From positions 1 through 63,042 of the IMG/VR virus record IMGVR_UViG_3300043410_000495: DNA of 63,042 nt. The stretch is one strand, 5' to 3'. The position numbers and the translations under genes are program-made. Below the pieces are notes generated by a model that worked only from the letters and a program-made list of their open reading frames with translations, was not told the origin of the DNA and did not search any database. The stretch is from a virus. Its lineage: Duplodnaviria; Caudoviricetes. Positions 31,071 to 40,615 of the stretch are shown in pieces; positions within the stretch are counted from its first letter, which is position 1, and every line of letters begins with the position of its first letter.

Positions 31071-33629
31071 ATGCCAAGAGGTAATGCTGGTTTTATAGGT
31101 CCAAAGGCTACACCAAATACGTCTGCCACTGCTGCTGCTGGATTTTTTAAAATGTCTGAAGTTCAGCAATTATTAAGTGCTGGATTATATGGAAGTGGTT
31201 CTCCTTCTGCAAGCATAGTACGAACATTTATATCTACCCAAAACTGGACAGTTCCTGCTGGAGTAACTTCACTTGAAGTGTTAATGCTTGCGGGTGGTGG
31301 GGGTGGTGGTAATACTATGGGAGGTGGCGGCGGTGCTGGTGGTTATGTTTATAACGCAGCATTATCAGTAACACCGGGTCAAACATATGCCATAACTATT
31401 GGATCAGGTGGTGCTGGTGCCACAGATAGAAACACAAAAGGCACAAATGGATCAAATAGCACATTTAAACTTAGTGGAGTTGATTCTCTAACACCAGCAG
31501 TGGGTGGTGGTGGAGGCTGTAGTTGGAACTCAGGTGGTGCTGGTAGTGGAGGATCTGGTGGAGGTGGTGGTGCTGGAGGCAGTTATGCTGCAGGTACAGC
31601 AAGCCCCGCAGGACAAGGTTATGCAGGTGGTGGTGCTGTAGCACCTAGTTATGCTGGATCAGGTGGTGGAGGTGCAGGTGGTGTTGGTACATCGGCTTCC
31701 TCTGGACCTGGCGGACCTGGTATTAGTACATATAGTGATTTAGTTCAAAAATCTAATTACGGAACTCTTTATAACGGAAATTATGTCATCGGTGGAGGTG
31801 GTGGTGGAGGTTGGGGTTCTGGATACGGACCAAGCTCTAGCGGAACTGGCGGACCTGGCGGAGGTGGACAGGGTGGGCAATCGGTGCCTGGTAGTGCTGC
31901 TACGGCTAACACCGGAGGTGGTGGCGGCGGTGGTGGGTATCCTGCCGACTTAAATGGTGGTGCTGGTGGTTCTGGAATAGTTATTGTTAGGTATGCCACC
32001 CCAAACGTAGATGTGTTTACTGGCTCTGGTACTTGGACATGTCCCCCTAGTGTATATAACGTTGAAGCATTAGTTGTTGCGGGTGGTGCTGCTGGTGGAA
32101 ATGGATTTAATCATAGTGCATGTGGTGGAGGAGGTGGTGCTGGTGGTGTCACCTATGGATATCTTTCTGTTACTCCTGGCTCAAATTATTCTGTTGTAGT
32201 TGGAGCAGGTGGTACGTTACCTGTTTCAGGAAGTGGTGTTTGGGGAGGTAATGGATCACCATCTAGTTTTAGCACTGTATCAACTCTTGGTGGAGGAGGT
32301 GGAGCAAGTTATCCAGATTCCGTGGGATACACAGGAGGTTCGGGAGGAGGTGCAGGTGGTGCAGGTGGATCAACTACTGGTAAAAGTATAGGCACAGCTA
32401 ATCAAGGTTTTGGAGGTGGATATCACACAGGAACTGGCGTAAGTAATGGTAGCACAGGTTGTGGCGGTGGTGGCGGAGCAACTGCTGTTGGTGCAAATGG
32501 CGTAAACACTGGTACTGGTGGTAAAGGTGGTGATGGTGTTTATAGTTTTATCACTGGAGCCAATGTTGCCTACGGAGGTGGAGGTGGCGGTGGCGGTTAC
32601 AACACTGGGGGCATAGGTGGAGTTGGGGGTGGAGGTGCTGGATATGGTGGTAACGGTAATGGAACCCCCGGCACAATCAGTACAGGTGGTGGTGGTGGCG
32701 GTGGTGCATGGCAAGGATCACCTGGTAACTCTAGTGGTGGAACTGGCGGCAGTGGCGTTGTTATATTACGTTGGGCACCATCTAGAACAAATGTCACATC
32801 TGTTGAGTTTCTTGCTGTTGCAGGTGGTGGCGGTGGTGGCGGTGGCACATATCACAATGGTGGTGGTGGCGGTGGCGGATATTTTTACAATCCTTCATTC
32901 GCTGTTATGACAGGAACAACTTATTCTGTTGTTGTTGGTGCTGGTGGTGCTTATGGTACAAATGCCTACGGAAGTCAGGGTGGTAATACTCAAATATTTT
33001 CAAGCAACGTTGCAGTTGGTGGTGGAGGAGGAATAAATTTTAATACTACTGCTTCTACTACAAATAGCGGTGGTTCTGGTGGTGGTGGTGCAGGTAGCAG
33101 TGCTGCTGGTGGTAACACTGGTGCCGCTGGTATCAGTGGACAAGGTTATGCTGGTGGTAATGGTTTAAACGGAGCACCTAACTATGGGGCAGGTGGCGGC
33201 GGAGGAGCAGGTGGCGTTGGTGCAAACGGCACATCAACCACTGGTGGAAACGGCGGAGTTGGATCATCTGTTTATACTAGTTGGTTAAGTGCTTGTGGTG
33301 TTGGTCAAAACGTTGGAGGCACATATTATTTTAGTGGTGGTGGAGGTGGTTCTACTTACAATGGAGGAACACCAGGCACTGGAGGCAACGGCGGTGGTGG
33401 TGCTGGTTCAACTGGTAATGCAACAGATGCGACCGCATACACTGGGGGTGGTGGCGGTGGCGGGGAAAGAAGTGGAACTATTGGTGGAAATGGTGGTTCT
33501 GGATTTATGTTAATTAGACATCCTAGTACATCAGCAAATGCAATTATCGGTGGTTCTAATGTAAGTACTATTCAAAGCGGTGGATATACATATTATGTTT
33601 TTAAATCCACTGGTTACATACAGTTTTAA
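31071..33629 (+). CDS. Glycine-rich adhesin-like protein with three tandem Gly-rich domains
   Basis: Three VE.L.VAGG...GGSG.V..R units; starts MPR like 14277. Confidence 0.7.
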   Translation: MPRGNAGFIGPKATPNTSATAAAGFFKMSEVQQLLSAGLYGSGSPSASIVRTFISTQNWTVPAGVTSLEVLMLAGGGGGGNTMGGGGGAGGYVYNAALSVTPGQTYAITIGSGGAGATDRNTKGTNGSNSTFKLSGVDSLTPAVGGGGGCSWNSGGAGSGGSGGGGGAGGSYAAGTASPAGQGYAGGGAVAPSYAGSGGGGAGGVGTSASSGPGGPGISTYSDLVQKSNYGTLYNGNYVIGGGGGGGWGSGYGPSSSGTGGPGGGGQGGQSVPGSAATANTGGGGGGGGYPADLNGGAGGSGIVIVRYATPNVDVFTGSGTWTCPPSVYNVEALVVAGGAAGGNGFNHSACGGGGGAGGVTYGYLSVTPGSNYSVVVGAGGTLPVSGSGVWGGNGSPSSFSTVSTLGGGGGASYPDSVGYTGGSGGGAGGAGGSTTGKSIGTANQGFGGGYHTGTGVSNGSTGCGGGGGATAVGANGVNTGTGGKGGDGVYSFITGANVAYGGGGGGGGYNTGGIGGVGGGGAGYGGNGNGTPGTISTGGGGGGGAWQGSPGNSSGGTGGSGVVILRWAPSRTNVTSVEFLAVAGGGGGGGGTYHNGGGGGGGYFYNPSFAVMTGTTYSVVVGAGGAYGTNAYGSQGGNTQIFSSNVAVGGGGGINFNTTASTTNSGGSGGGGAGSSAAGGNTGAAGISGQGYAGGNGLNGAPNYGAGGGGGAGGVGANGTSTTGGNGGVGSSVYTSWLSACGVGQNVGGTYYFSGGGGGSTYNGGTPGTGGNGGGGAGSTGNATDATAYTGGGGGGGERSGTIGGNGGSGFMLIRHPSTSANAIIGGSNVSTIQSGGYTYYVFKSTGYIQF

Positions 33630-33654
33630 ATACAGTAATTAAGGAGAAAATTAA

Positions 33655-34017
33655 ATGGCACATTTTGCTGAATTAGGCGAGAACAACGTAGTACTAAGAG
33701 TTATCGTTGTTGATAATAAAGATACTATGGACACACAAGGAAACGAAGTAGAAGAAATTGGTGCTACTTTTTGCAGAAATTTGTTAGGAGGAACTTGGAA
33801 AAAAACCAGTTACAACGCTAACATTCGTAAAAATTATGCTGGTATTGGATTTACATACGACAGTGATCGTGATGCATTCATACCTCCAAAACCATATCCA
33901 AGTTGGATACTAGATGAGGAAACTTGTCGTTGGAATCCTCCTGTCCCACACCCAACAGATGGTGGTATGTATAACTGGAATGAAGACACGCAGACTTGGG
34001 ATGCTTTACCTCAATAA
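33655..34017 (+). CDS. MAHFA-family protein, partner of Gly-rich adhesins (copy 1)
   Basis: MAHFA...WKKTSYN...RKNYAG.G.TYD..RDAFIPPKPY.SW.LDE.TC.W; paralog of 45371-45730. Confidence 0.7.
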   Translation: MAHFAELGENNVVLRVIVVDNKDTMDTQGNEVEEIGATFCRNLLGGTWKKTSYNANIRKNYAGIGFTYDSDRDAFIPPKPYPSWILDEETCRWNPPVPHPTDGGMYNWNEDTQTWDALPQ

Positions 34018-34020
34018 ATA
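34013..34020 (+). promoter_or_regulatory. T4-late-type promoter heading the 34040-43630 operon
   Basis: AATAAATA 19 nt before ATG 34040. Confidence 0.55.
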
Positions 34021-34039
34021 TAAGATTATAAGGTAAAAG

Positions 34040-35248
34040 ATGGGATTTCCTAATACGCCCAGTAATGGTCAAACCGCAGTAGTAAATGGTATTACGTATA
34101 CCTACAACAGTGCAAGAACTGCATGGGTGCGTAGTGCTGCCACAACTTATAATCTTTATACCGCAAGTAATATAGCACCTACTACTCCTAGTCTAGGCGA
34201 CCAATGGTACTATATTGCGACAGATGTTTTATATGAATATGTAAGCGATGGAACAAATAGTGTATGGGTTGATGTTGGTACATTTGCTGGTCAGAATGGA
34301 AATATCACAAATATTCCAAGTTCTACTTTAAGTGGAAATATAGTTGTTGCGTTAAATGGAATTTATTCTATTGGTGCAGCCACTGGTTATCTATCAAACA
34401 TTTATACAAATAAAACTACCAGTAATACAATTACCACCTCTGGTGGAGTTTTTTGGTCAAATGGAACGTCTTTTTCTAGCCCGCCCGGTGGCAGTAATGG
34501 ACAGTTTCAATTTAACAATTCAAATGTTTTTGGTGGAGCAAATGTATTATTCTCATCTGCGAATGGTAATGTAATTATTACATCTGCAACAACATCTACA
34601 TCAACATCTACTGGTGCTTTGGTAGTTGGTGGTGGCGTTGGTGTTACTGGTAACATTTATACTGCTGGTGGAGTATTTTGGGCAAATGGAGCATCATTCT
34701 CTAGTCCACCAGGTGGCAGTAATGGACAAATTCAATTCAATAGTTCTAGTGCATTTGCTGGAGCAGCCAATGTAAAATATGATTCAACCACTGGTAATTT
34801 ATTAGTTTTATCAACTACAAATGGTACAGCAACTGGTGGTGCGATAACTACACTTGGTGGAGCAAGTTTTGTTGGTAATATTTTTGTTACAGGAAATATT
34901 TTAGCCACAAATCAAATTATTGCTGCGTATTCTGATGAAAGATTAAAAAATAAATTGGGCGCAATATTAAATCCAATTCAAAAAATAAAACAAATTGATA
35001 CGTTTTATTATACACCAAATGATTTAGCACTAAGTATTGGAATCAATGATACTAGAATACAAGTTGGTGTATCTGCACAAAGTGTTGAAAGCGTATTGCC
35101 CGAAGTAGTAACTTCAAGTCCAGTTAATAGTGAATATAAAACAGTTAGTTATGAAAGAATAGTTCCATTACTAATTGCTGCTATCAATGAACAACAACAA
35201 CAAATTGATCAATTACGGGAGATAATTAATGTCCTTCATAATAGGTAA
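34040..35248 (+). CDS. Tail fibre protein with C-terminal peptidase-S74-type intramolecular chaperone
   Basis: MGFPNTPSNGQ anchor; YSDERLK...GVSAQSVESVLPEVV...VSYERIVPLLIAAINEQ coiled coil; internal duplication GGVFWxNGxSFSSPPGGSNGQ. Confidence 0.8.
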   Translation: MGFPNTPSNGQTAVVNGITYTYNSARTAWVRSAATTYNLYTASNIAPTTPSLGDQWYYIATDVLYEYVSDGTNSVWVDVGTFAGQNGNITNIPSSTLSGNIVVALNGIYSIGAATGYLSNIYTNKTTSNTITTSGGVFWSNGTSFSSPPGGSNGQFQFNNSNVFGGANVLFSSANGNVIITSATTSTSTSTGALVVGGGVGVTGNIYTAGGVFWANGASFSSPPGGSNGQIQFNSSSAFAGAANVKYDSTTGNLLVLSTTNGTATGGAITTLGGASFVGNIFVTGNILATNQIIAAYSDERLKNKLGAILNPIQKIKQIDTFYYTPNDLALSIGINDTRIQVGVSAQSVESVLPEVVTSSPVNSEYKTVSYERIVPLLIAAINEQQQQIDQLREIINVLHNR

Positions 35249-36416
35249 TACAGTAGTTGGTACTACTGGTATTGTCGCTCCTGTTTTTACAAATAATAAT
35301 AGACCAACCAATGCTACTACTGGTTATGTTATCTATAATACAGATGCACAACAATTACAAGGTTATTTTGGAAATATAGGTGGTCAAAGTGGTATATGGA
35401 GAACCATAGGGGGTAATATTGCTACAGGTTCTGCATATCTTTACAGAACAGTAATTACAACAGGCTACGTAATGGGAGGGTATCAAAATAGTAGCCCATG
35501 GAAGAATGTCAACCGTATGAATCATTCCACAGATGTTATGACAAATCTTGGTGATCTATTAACGAATTCTGGTGCATATACTAGTGGAACAAATAATAAC
35601 AGTAAAGGATTTATTTGGTCAACTGATAATAGTTTTCCTGGAAGTAGCACAACTACTTCTGCGTTTTCAATGATTACCGAAACTGGTTCTGGTTTAAACA
35701 CAAATTGGAATATGCGTGTTAATAGAAATAATATGGGTACTATTTTTAAAGAAACCTTGTATGCCTATATTGTGGGTGGTGGAAATGCAGACGTAGATGT
35801 ATTTAATTTGACAACAGAAACAATGTTGGCTGATTTTACTTACATTGGCAATTACATACAAATGGGTGGAGTAACTCCGTATAACACTCCTATCAGTGGA
35901 GATACAAGTAGCAGTGATAGTTCAAATGCCATTGGTACAATGAGCGACGAAACTGCAGGATACGGATACTGCGATAACGGTACATTTAGATTGACGTTTG
36001 CAACTTCTACAGTCAGTGGAATAGATCCAGCACGATCTGGATTGAGTGGTGATTATTATATAAGTGGTGCAAATGTTAATTTAGGCGCACACGGACAACA
36101 AAAAGGTATTAATTCCAAATTAAACAGAGGTTACGCAGGTAACGAAGGAAATTATAATGGAGGATATAACCTGCGTCGTTGGGTATTTCCTACACAAACA
36201 TACACAACTATTTCTAAACCTATTGGCAATTCTGGAGAAGAAAATTTTGATATGGGACAAGATCATCAATACATGATGGGTTGTTACGATGGATCACAAA
36301 ACAATCGTGGATGGAGATTTAGTTATACCACAGATACAGGATACGAGTTGGGTGCAGGTAGTGTAAGAACAGGTGTTGCTGGAGGAAGTTCTGGCGCATG
36401 TTGTTGGAAAGGTTGA
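35229..36416 (+). CDS. Putative beta-propeller virion protein (copy 1)
   Basis: N-terminal RP...IYNT fibre motif, then about 6 GY/AYxxGG-like repeats; ends ACCWKG. Confidence 0.55.
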   Translation: MSFIIGNTVVGTTGIVAPVFTNNNRPTNATTGYVIYNTDAQQLQGYFGNIGGQSGIWRTIGGNIATGSAYLYRTVITTGYVMGGYQNSSPWKNVNRMNHSTDVMTNLGDLLTNSGAYTSGTNNNSKGFIWSTDNSFPGSSTTTSAFSMITETGSGLNTNWNMRVNRNNMGTIFKETLYAYIVGGGNADVDVFNLTTETMLADFTYIGNYIQMGGVTPYNTPISGDTSSSDSSNAIGTMSDETAGYGYCDNGTFRLTFATSTVSGIDPARSGLSGDYYISGANVNLGAHGQQKGINSKLNRGYAGNEGNYNGGYNLRRWVFPTQTYTTISKPIGNSGEENFDMGQDHQYMMGCYDGSQNNRGWRFSYTTDTGYELGAGSVRTGVAGGSSGACCWKG

Positions 36417-36417
36417 G

Positions 36418-37488
36418 ATGGTTTTTAAATTAAATGCTAATATAGTTATTGATGCAAATGGTGTAGTAATTCCTAGTTTTACTACTGGTACTAGGCCAAG
36501 CAGTCCTGTTAATGGACAAATAATCTATAATACCAGTACCAATTTGATGGAAATTTATGACACTGGTTTGTGGAAAGATGCCACATCAAGTGCAAGTGGT
36601 GGGGCGTTTTTATATCGTCAAATAATTACTACTGGTTATGTTATGGGTGGATATCAAAGTAGTAGTCCATGGAAAAATGTAAATAAAATGGTTCATGCCA
36701 CAGATGTGATGACTAATTTAGGAGACTTATTAGCATATGCTGGAGCATACACTTCTGGATTCTGTAGCACAAGTCGTGGGTTTCTTTGGTCAGCCGATGG
36801 ATCATGGCCTGGTACTAGCGCACAAACAGTGGCATTTAACTTAGCCACAGAAACAACAGCAGGAACAAATACAAATTGGAACATGAGCGTTGGTCGTGAT
36901 GACTGTGGAACTGGATTTAAAGAACAAAGTTATGCATACATCACGGGTGGTGGTAGTAGTGTAATTGATGTGTTTACAGCAGCAACCGAAACTCAAACAG
37001 TTGGTGTTGGTACTGGAATTACAGGAGATTCACAACAATCTGGGGCTACTTCTTTTAGTAGCGAAACTGCGGCATATTATTGGGGTAATGAAAGTAAAAA
37101 ATTAACTTTTAGTTCGGGTACTACATTTTCAATTGCAACAACAACAGTTGGAGGAAGTGGCAGTCAACAGAAAGGTATAAGTAGTAAGTTAGGTAAAGGG
37201 TATTGTGGTAACGAAGGAACCTATAATGGTGGATATAATCTTCGCCGCTGGAATACTGCAACTGATACTCAAAATACTACTTGCTCAAAACCAGTAGGAA
37301 ATAGTGGTGAAGAAAATTTTGATATGGGTCAAGCGTGGCAATACATGTATGGATGTTACGATGGAGCACAAAATAACCGAGGTTGGAAATTCAATTATAA
37401 TACTGAAACTGGATACGAATTAGGCGCAGGTAGTGTGCGCACTGGAGTTCCCGGTGGAAGTTCAGGACATGCAGTTTGGAAAGGATAA
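36418..37488 (+). CDS. Putative beta-propeller virion protein (copy 2)
   Basis: Tandem paralog (TTGYVMGGYQ.SSPWKNVN, GNEG.YNGGYNLRRW, GNSGEENFDMGQ, WKG end); start moved to ATG 36418. Confidence 0.55.
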   Translation: MVFKLNANIVIDANGVVIPSFTTGTRPSSPVNGQIIYNTSTNLMEIYDTGLWKDATSSASGGAFLYRQIITTGYVMGGYQSSSPWKNVNKMVHATDVMTNLGDLLAYAGAYTSGFCSTSRGFLWSADGSWPGTSAQTVAFNLATETTAGTNTNWNMSVGRDDCGTGFKEQSYAYITGGGSSVIDVFTAATETQTVGVGTGITGDSQQSGATSFSSETAAYYWGNESKKLTFSSGTTFSIATTTVGGSGSQQKGISSKLGKGYCGNEGTYNGGYNLRRWNTATDTQNTTCSKPVGNSGEENFDMGQAWQYMYGCYDGAQNNRGWKFNYNTETGYELGAGSVRTGVPGGSSGHAVWKG

Positions 37489-37490
37489 AA

Positions 37491-38282
37491 ATGCATTTAG
37501 ATAAGTTTTCAAAAGATGATATTATCACTGATGTTAGTGGTATGTCTGAAGATCAAAAAGATATTATTGCTGTTGCAATGAGCAAAGAGTGGACAACGCC
37601 TGAGTTTAAAGTTAAAAACTTTATTGGCAATGCACAAGTAACACCATTTGCTAAATTGCGTCAGTATATTATAGAAATGAATACTCGTGAACATGCAGTT
37701 CAGGGTATGGAATATGAAGTTAAAAAAATTGAATTAGAAATTGAATTAGAACAGGAACGTGCAAACGAAACCACTAGTCCAGCACAAAAGAAGATTCATG
37801 AACTTGAGATATTAAAACTCACAGCAGGTCTTAAACGTAGTCAATTGAGATTGCGTGATGCGTATAATGAAAGAGAAATGTACATTAAGATCATTGAAGA
37901 GTTTAATAATAGTCCAGAAGGACATTTACCAAACGGAACTAGATTAATTGATGTTTTTGAAGATCCAGAAATTTCGGAACAATTAGAAAAAGAATACTGG
38001 ACAATGCGACTTGCAAAACAAACAGCATTGGATATGATAGCATATGGACGTGCTGGTGTTGGTAATATGGAAGCAGTCACTATGCTTGAGCCAGAACAAC
38101 AAATGGAAGTTATGCAAATTGCATGTGAATATTTTGTTAGAAATGAAATGCGCACAAACTATTTGTTAAATTCTGTAAATGAAGCAATTCAGCAAGGTAA
38201 ATTGCCTCCATCAGAATTGGCAAAACAATTAATATTAAATCAGGATAAACAGGATGTACCTACTATTCAGAACAGTCAGTGA
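37491..38282 (+). CDS. Coiled-coil hypothetical protein
   Basis: E/K/L-rich helical protein; ATG 37491 after AAGGA. Confidence 0.6.
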   Translation: MHLDKFSKDDIITDVSGMSEDQKDIIAVAMSKEWTTPEFKVKNFIGNAQVTPFAKLRQYIIEMNTREHAVQGMEYEVKKIELEIELEQERANETTSPAQKKIHELEILKLTAGLKRSQLRLRDAYNEREMYIKIIEEFNNSPEGHLPNGTRLIDVFEDPEISEQLEKEYWTMRLAKQTALDMIAYGRAGVGNMEAVTMLEPEQQMEVMQIACEYFVRNEMRTNYLLNSVNEAIQQGKLPPSELAKQLILNQDKQDVPTIQNSQ

Positions 38283-38982
38283 TCCCCAATTGGGGATTAT
38301 TAAACGCACAGGACAATGGCTAGATTTTGTCATTGGCTACTTAGATGATTCTGTCAAAGATGTTGTAAAAATAGATCATCTAAATGCCGTTGTGATTGAA
38401 GATGAAGCAGTTGCATTGGCATGGAAATTTGCTGGAAATTATTCTGGATATGTTTCTGTACGTGCAAATACATTAACTAACGATCAATTGAATATTATTA
38501 GTTCTGTTGAAGATCAATCATTGAAAGTAAAATATTACTTAACTGATGAAGACAAGTACAACGGAACTAAGTTTATGAAAATTGGGTTAAGAAAGTTTCT
38601 AGACGAAGTGTATGATCGTAGACTGCGACATGTTAATTTAGGAGTAACTGATTTAGAACAAAATACGTGGCCGCAACAACGTTCCGAAGCAGAAGCATAT
38701 AACCTAGATAATGCTGCTTCTACTCCTATGCTTGATGCATTGGCAGCAGCACGTAATATCACTAAAGCAGAAATGGTTCAAAAAGTATTATCTGCCATTC
38801 AAAATTATAATCAACAAATCAGTGACCTATTGGCTACAAAGCAGGGAATTGAATCCGAAATAAAAAATTGCCTATCCATGGCAGACTTAAATATCCTTAT
38901 GCATCAACGCTTTGGTTATAATATGCCAGCAGCGCAACAGCAGGATCTTGATTATCAAGGTGGTTCGGTGTATAATTTATAA
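38254..38982 (+). CDS. Putative tail-fibre assembly / chaperone-like protein
   Basis: EQNTWPQQRSEAEAY...TPMLDALAAARNITKAEMVQKV resembles a motif seen in fibre-associated phage proteins. Confidence 0.5.
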   Translation: MYLLFRTVSDPQLGIIKRTGQWLDFVIGYLDDSVKDVVKIDHLNAVVIEDEAVALAWKFAGNYSGYVSVRANTLTNDQLNIISSVEDQSLKVKYYLTDEDKYNGTKFMKIGLRKFLDEVYDRRLRHVNLGVTDLEQNTWPQQRSEAEAYNLDNAASTPMLDALAAARNITKAEMVQKVLSAIQNYNQQISDLLATKQGIESEIKNCLSMADLNILMHQRFGYNMPAAQQQDLDYQGGSVYNL

Positions 38983-38998
38983 GAACCACTTATAAATT

Positions 38999-40615
38999 AT
39001 GTTTTCAATACCAATTAACCCGAAACTCAGGGAATCTGAGTTTAAACGATTCTATTCTTTTTTACAAGAAAATAAAGATGTGATTTATGATCTTTATTTT
39101 ACTAGTAGAATGCCTCCATTTGTCCAAGATGCAATGGGTGACGTATTTGATGTAAATGATATGGCACCGATTGAAACTGCATTGTATATTCAACAAAGTC
39201 TAGGCATTCCAGTTTCTGCTACCTTTAATAATGTTATGGTTAGACCTAGCCAAGAAAACTTGGATTTGTTTATTCATAATTTTAGAATGTTATACGACAT
39301 AGGTGTGCGATCAGCAACTATTCCACATTCGCATTGGTTAGCAACAAGACAAATACAAAAAGAATTCCCCGAATTACAAATCAAAAATACTATATTACGT
39401 AACGTAACACAAGCACAAGAAGTAGCACGTCTTGCTGAAGTTGGATTTCATTATATAAATCTTGATCGTGATTTGATGCGTAATAGAGACGAGTTGATTA
39501 AAATTCGTCGTGCCGCAGACAAGTATGGCGTAAAGATCAGTTTACTTGGTAATGAGGGATGTTTGGGTGGTTGTCCTATGATGGACGAACATTTTCAATT
39601 TAATAATACTAGAACAGGAAATAGTCCTCAATATTTTAATGATAGTATCAGTCGTGTCAGTTGTCCTAAATGGGAAATTGAAGATTCTGCAACATCATTG
39701 AAAACAGCAAACATTCCCCCATGGAGAGAAGATTGGGTAGACCTCCTACAATACGTAGATGTATTTAAAATGCATGGTAGAGAAAGTGTTAAACAATTGT
39801 TTAATACCATGGATATTGTTAAACGATATCGTAATAATGAACCTATACTTTTTAATGATTTTGATGAATACCTAAACGAAACAAATCTTGTAAACAAGCC
39901 TATTACTGTATGGCGAGAAAAGATTAAAAATTGTAAATTTGATTGTTGGGAATGTAATTATTGTGACCAAGTATACCAAGCAAAATCTAAAATAAAACAA
40001 CACCCACTAGTGTACGCTGTCACTAAAGAATTAGTTGATAGTGTTAATGTAACGTTACAATCATCTGTTCAAGGTCTTACCTCAAATAGAGTCAGACAAT
40101 TACTGTATTCGCTGGCAAAACACTGTGATAATTATCTAGAAATTGGTTCGGCAATGGGAGCCACTGCTACAGCAGTTGCCGAATCTAATATTCACATGCA
40201 CTGTGTTGATAGTTGGAAATTGAATGTTCAACCAGAATCTGGTGAATTTGAACTTCCAGACAACACAAAAGATATATTTGTTAAAAATATGAATGGATAT
40301 GATAATTTAATTATTCATGATTGTGATCTATTTTACACAGAACGAAAAAAAATAAAAGACATTGATTTGTTTTTTTATGATGGCTCACACGATGTTAACA
40401 TTACTGCCCGGGCCATAAGTCACTATTATGATTGTTTTGCAGACACTGCAATATTAGTATTTGATGATGCAAATTGGCAAGGGGTAGTTCAAGGTGCTGA
40501 TTTGGGCATTAGTATGTCTAAACTTAAAGTATTATATTCAAAGAAATTATTAAATTCTGCCGAAAATAAAGGTATGTGGTGGAATGGGTTATATATTGTG
40601 GTGGTTCAAAAATGA
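38999..40615 (+). CDS. Peptidase-U32-family Fe-S protein fused to class I SAM-dependent methyltransferase
   Basis: INLDRDLMR, NEGCLGGCP....H...SC, DVFKMHGRE (U32 KxxGR), CKFDCWECNYC; then YLEIGSAMG, CVDSW, DLFFYDGSH, LVFDDANW (Methyltransf_24-like). Confidence 0.75.
   Translation: MFSIPINPKLRESEFKRFYSFLQENKDVIYDLYFTSRMPPFVQDAMGDVFDVNDMAPIETALYIQQSLGIPVSATFNNVMVRPSQENLDLFIHNFRMLYDIGVRSATIPHSHWLATRQIQKEFPELQIKNTILRNVTQAQEVARLAEVGFHYINLDRDLMRNRDELIKIRRAADKYGVKISLLGNEGCLGGCPMMDEHFQFNNTRTGNSPQYFNDSISRVSCPKWEIEDSATSLKTANIPPWREDWVDLLQYVDVFKMHGRESVKQLFNTMDIVKRYRNNEPILFNDFDEYLNETNLVNKPITVWREKIKNCKFDCWECNYCDQVYQAKSKIKQHPLVYAVTKELVDSVNVTLQSSVQGLTSNRVRQLLYSLAKHCDNYLEIGSAMGATATAVAESNIHMHCVDSWKLNVQPESGEFELPDNTKDIFVKNMNGYDNLIIHDCDLFYTERKKIKDIDLFFYDGSHDVNITARAISHYYDCFADTAILVFDDANWQGVVQGADLGISMSKLKVLYSKKLLNSAENKGMWWNGLYIVVVQK

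Noticed and set aside
35229-37488. Possible diversity-generating retroelement (TR/VR pair) in the near-identical propeller C-termini
   Set aside because: Both copies are intact coding genes, differences are mostly synonymous and not adenine-specific, and no reverse transcriptase is in the window
38991-38998. TATAAATT as an internal late promoter for the U32 gene
   Set aside because: Mismatch at the last position and directly abutting the ATG, so the start site would fall inside the gene
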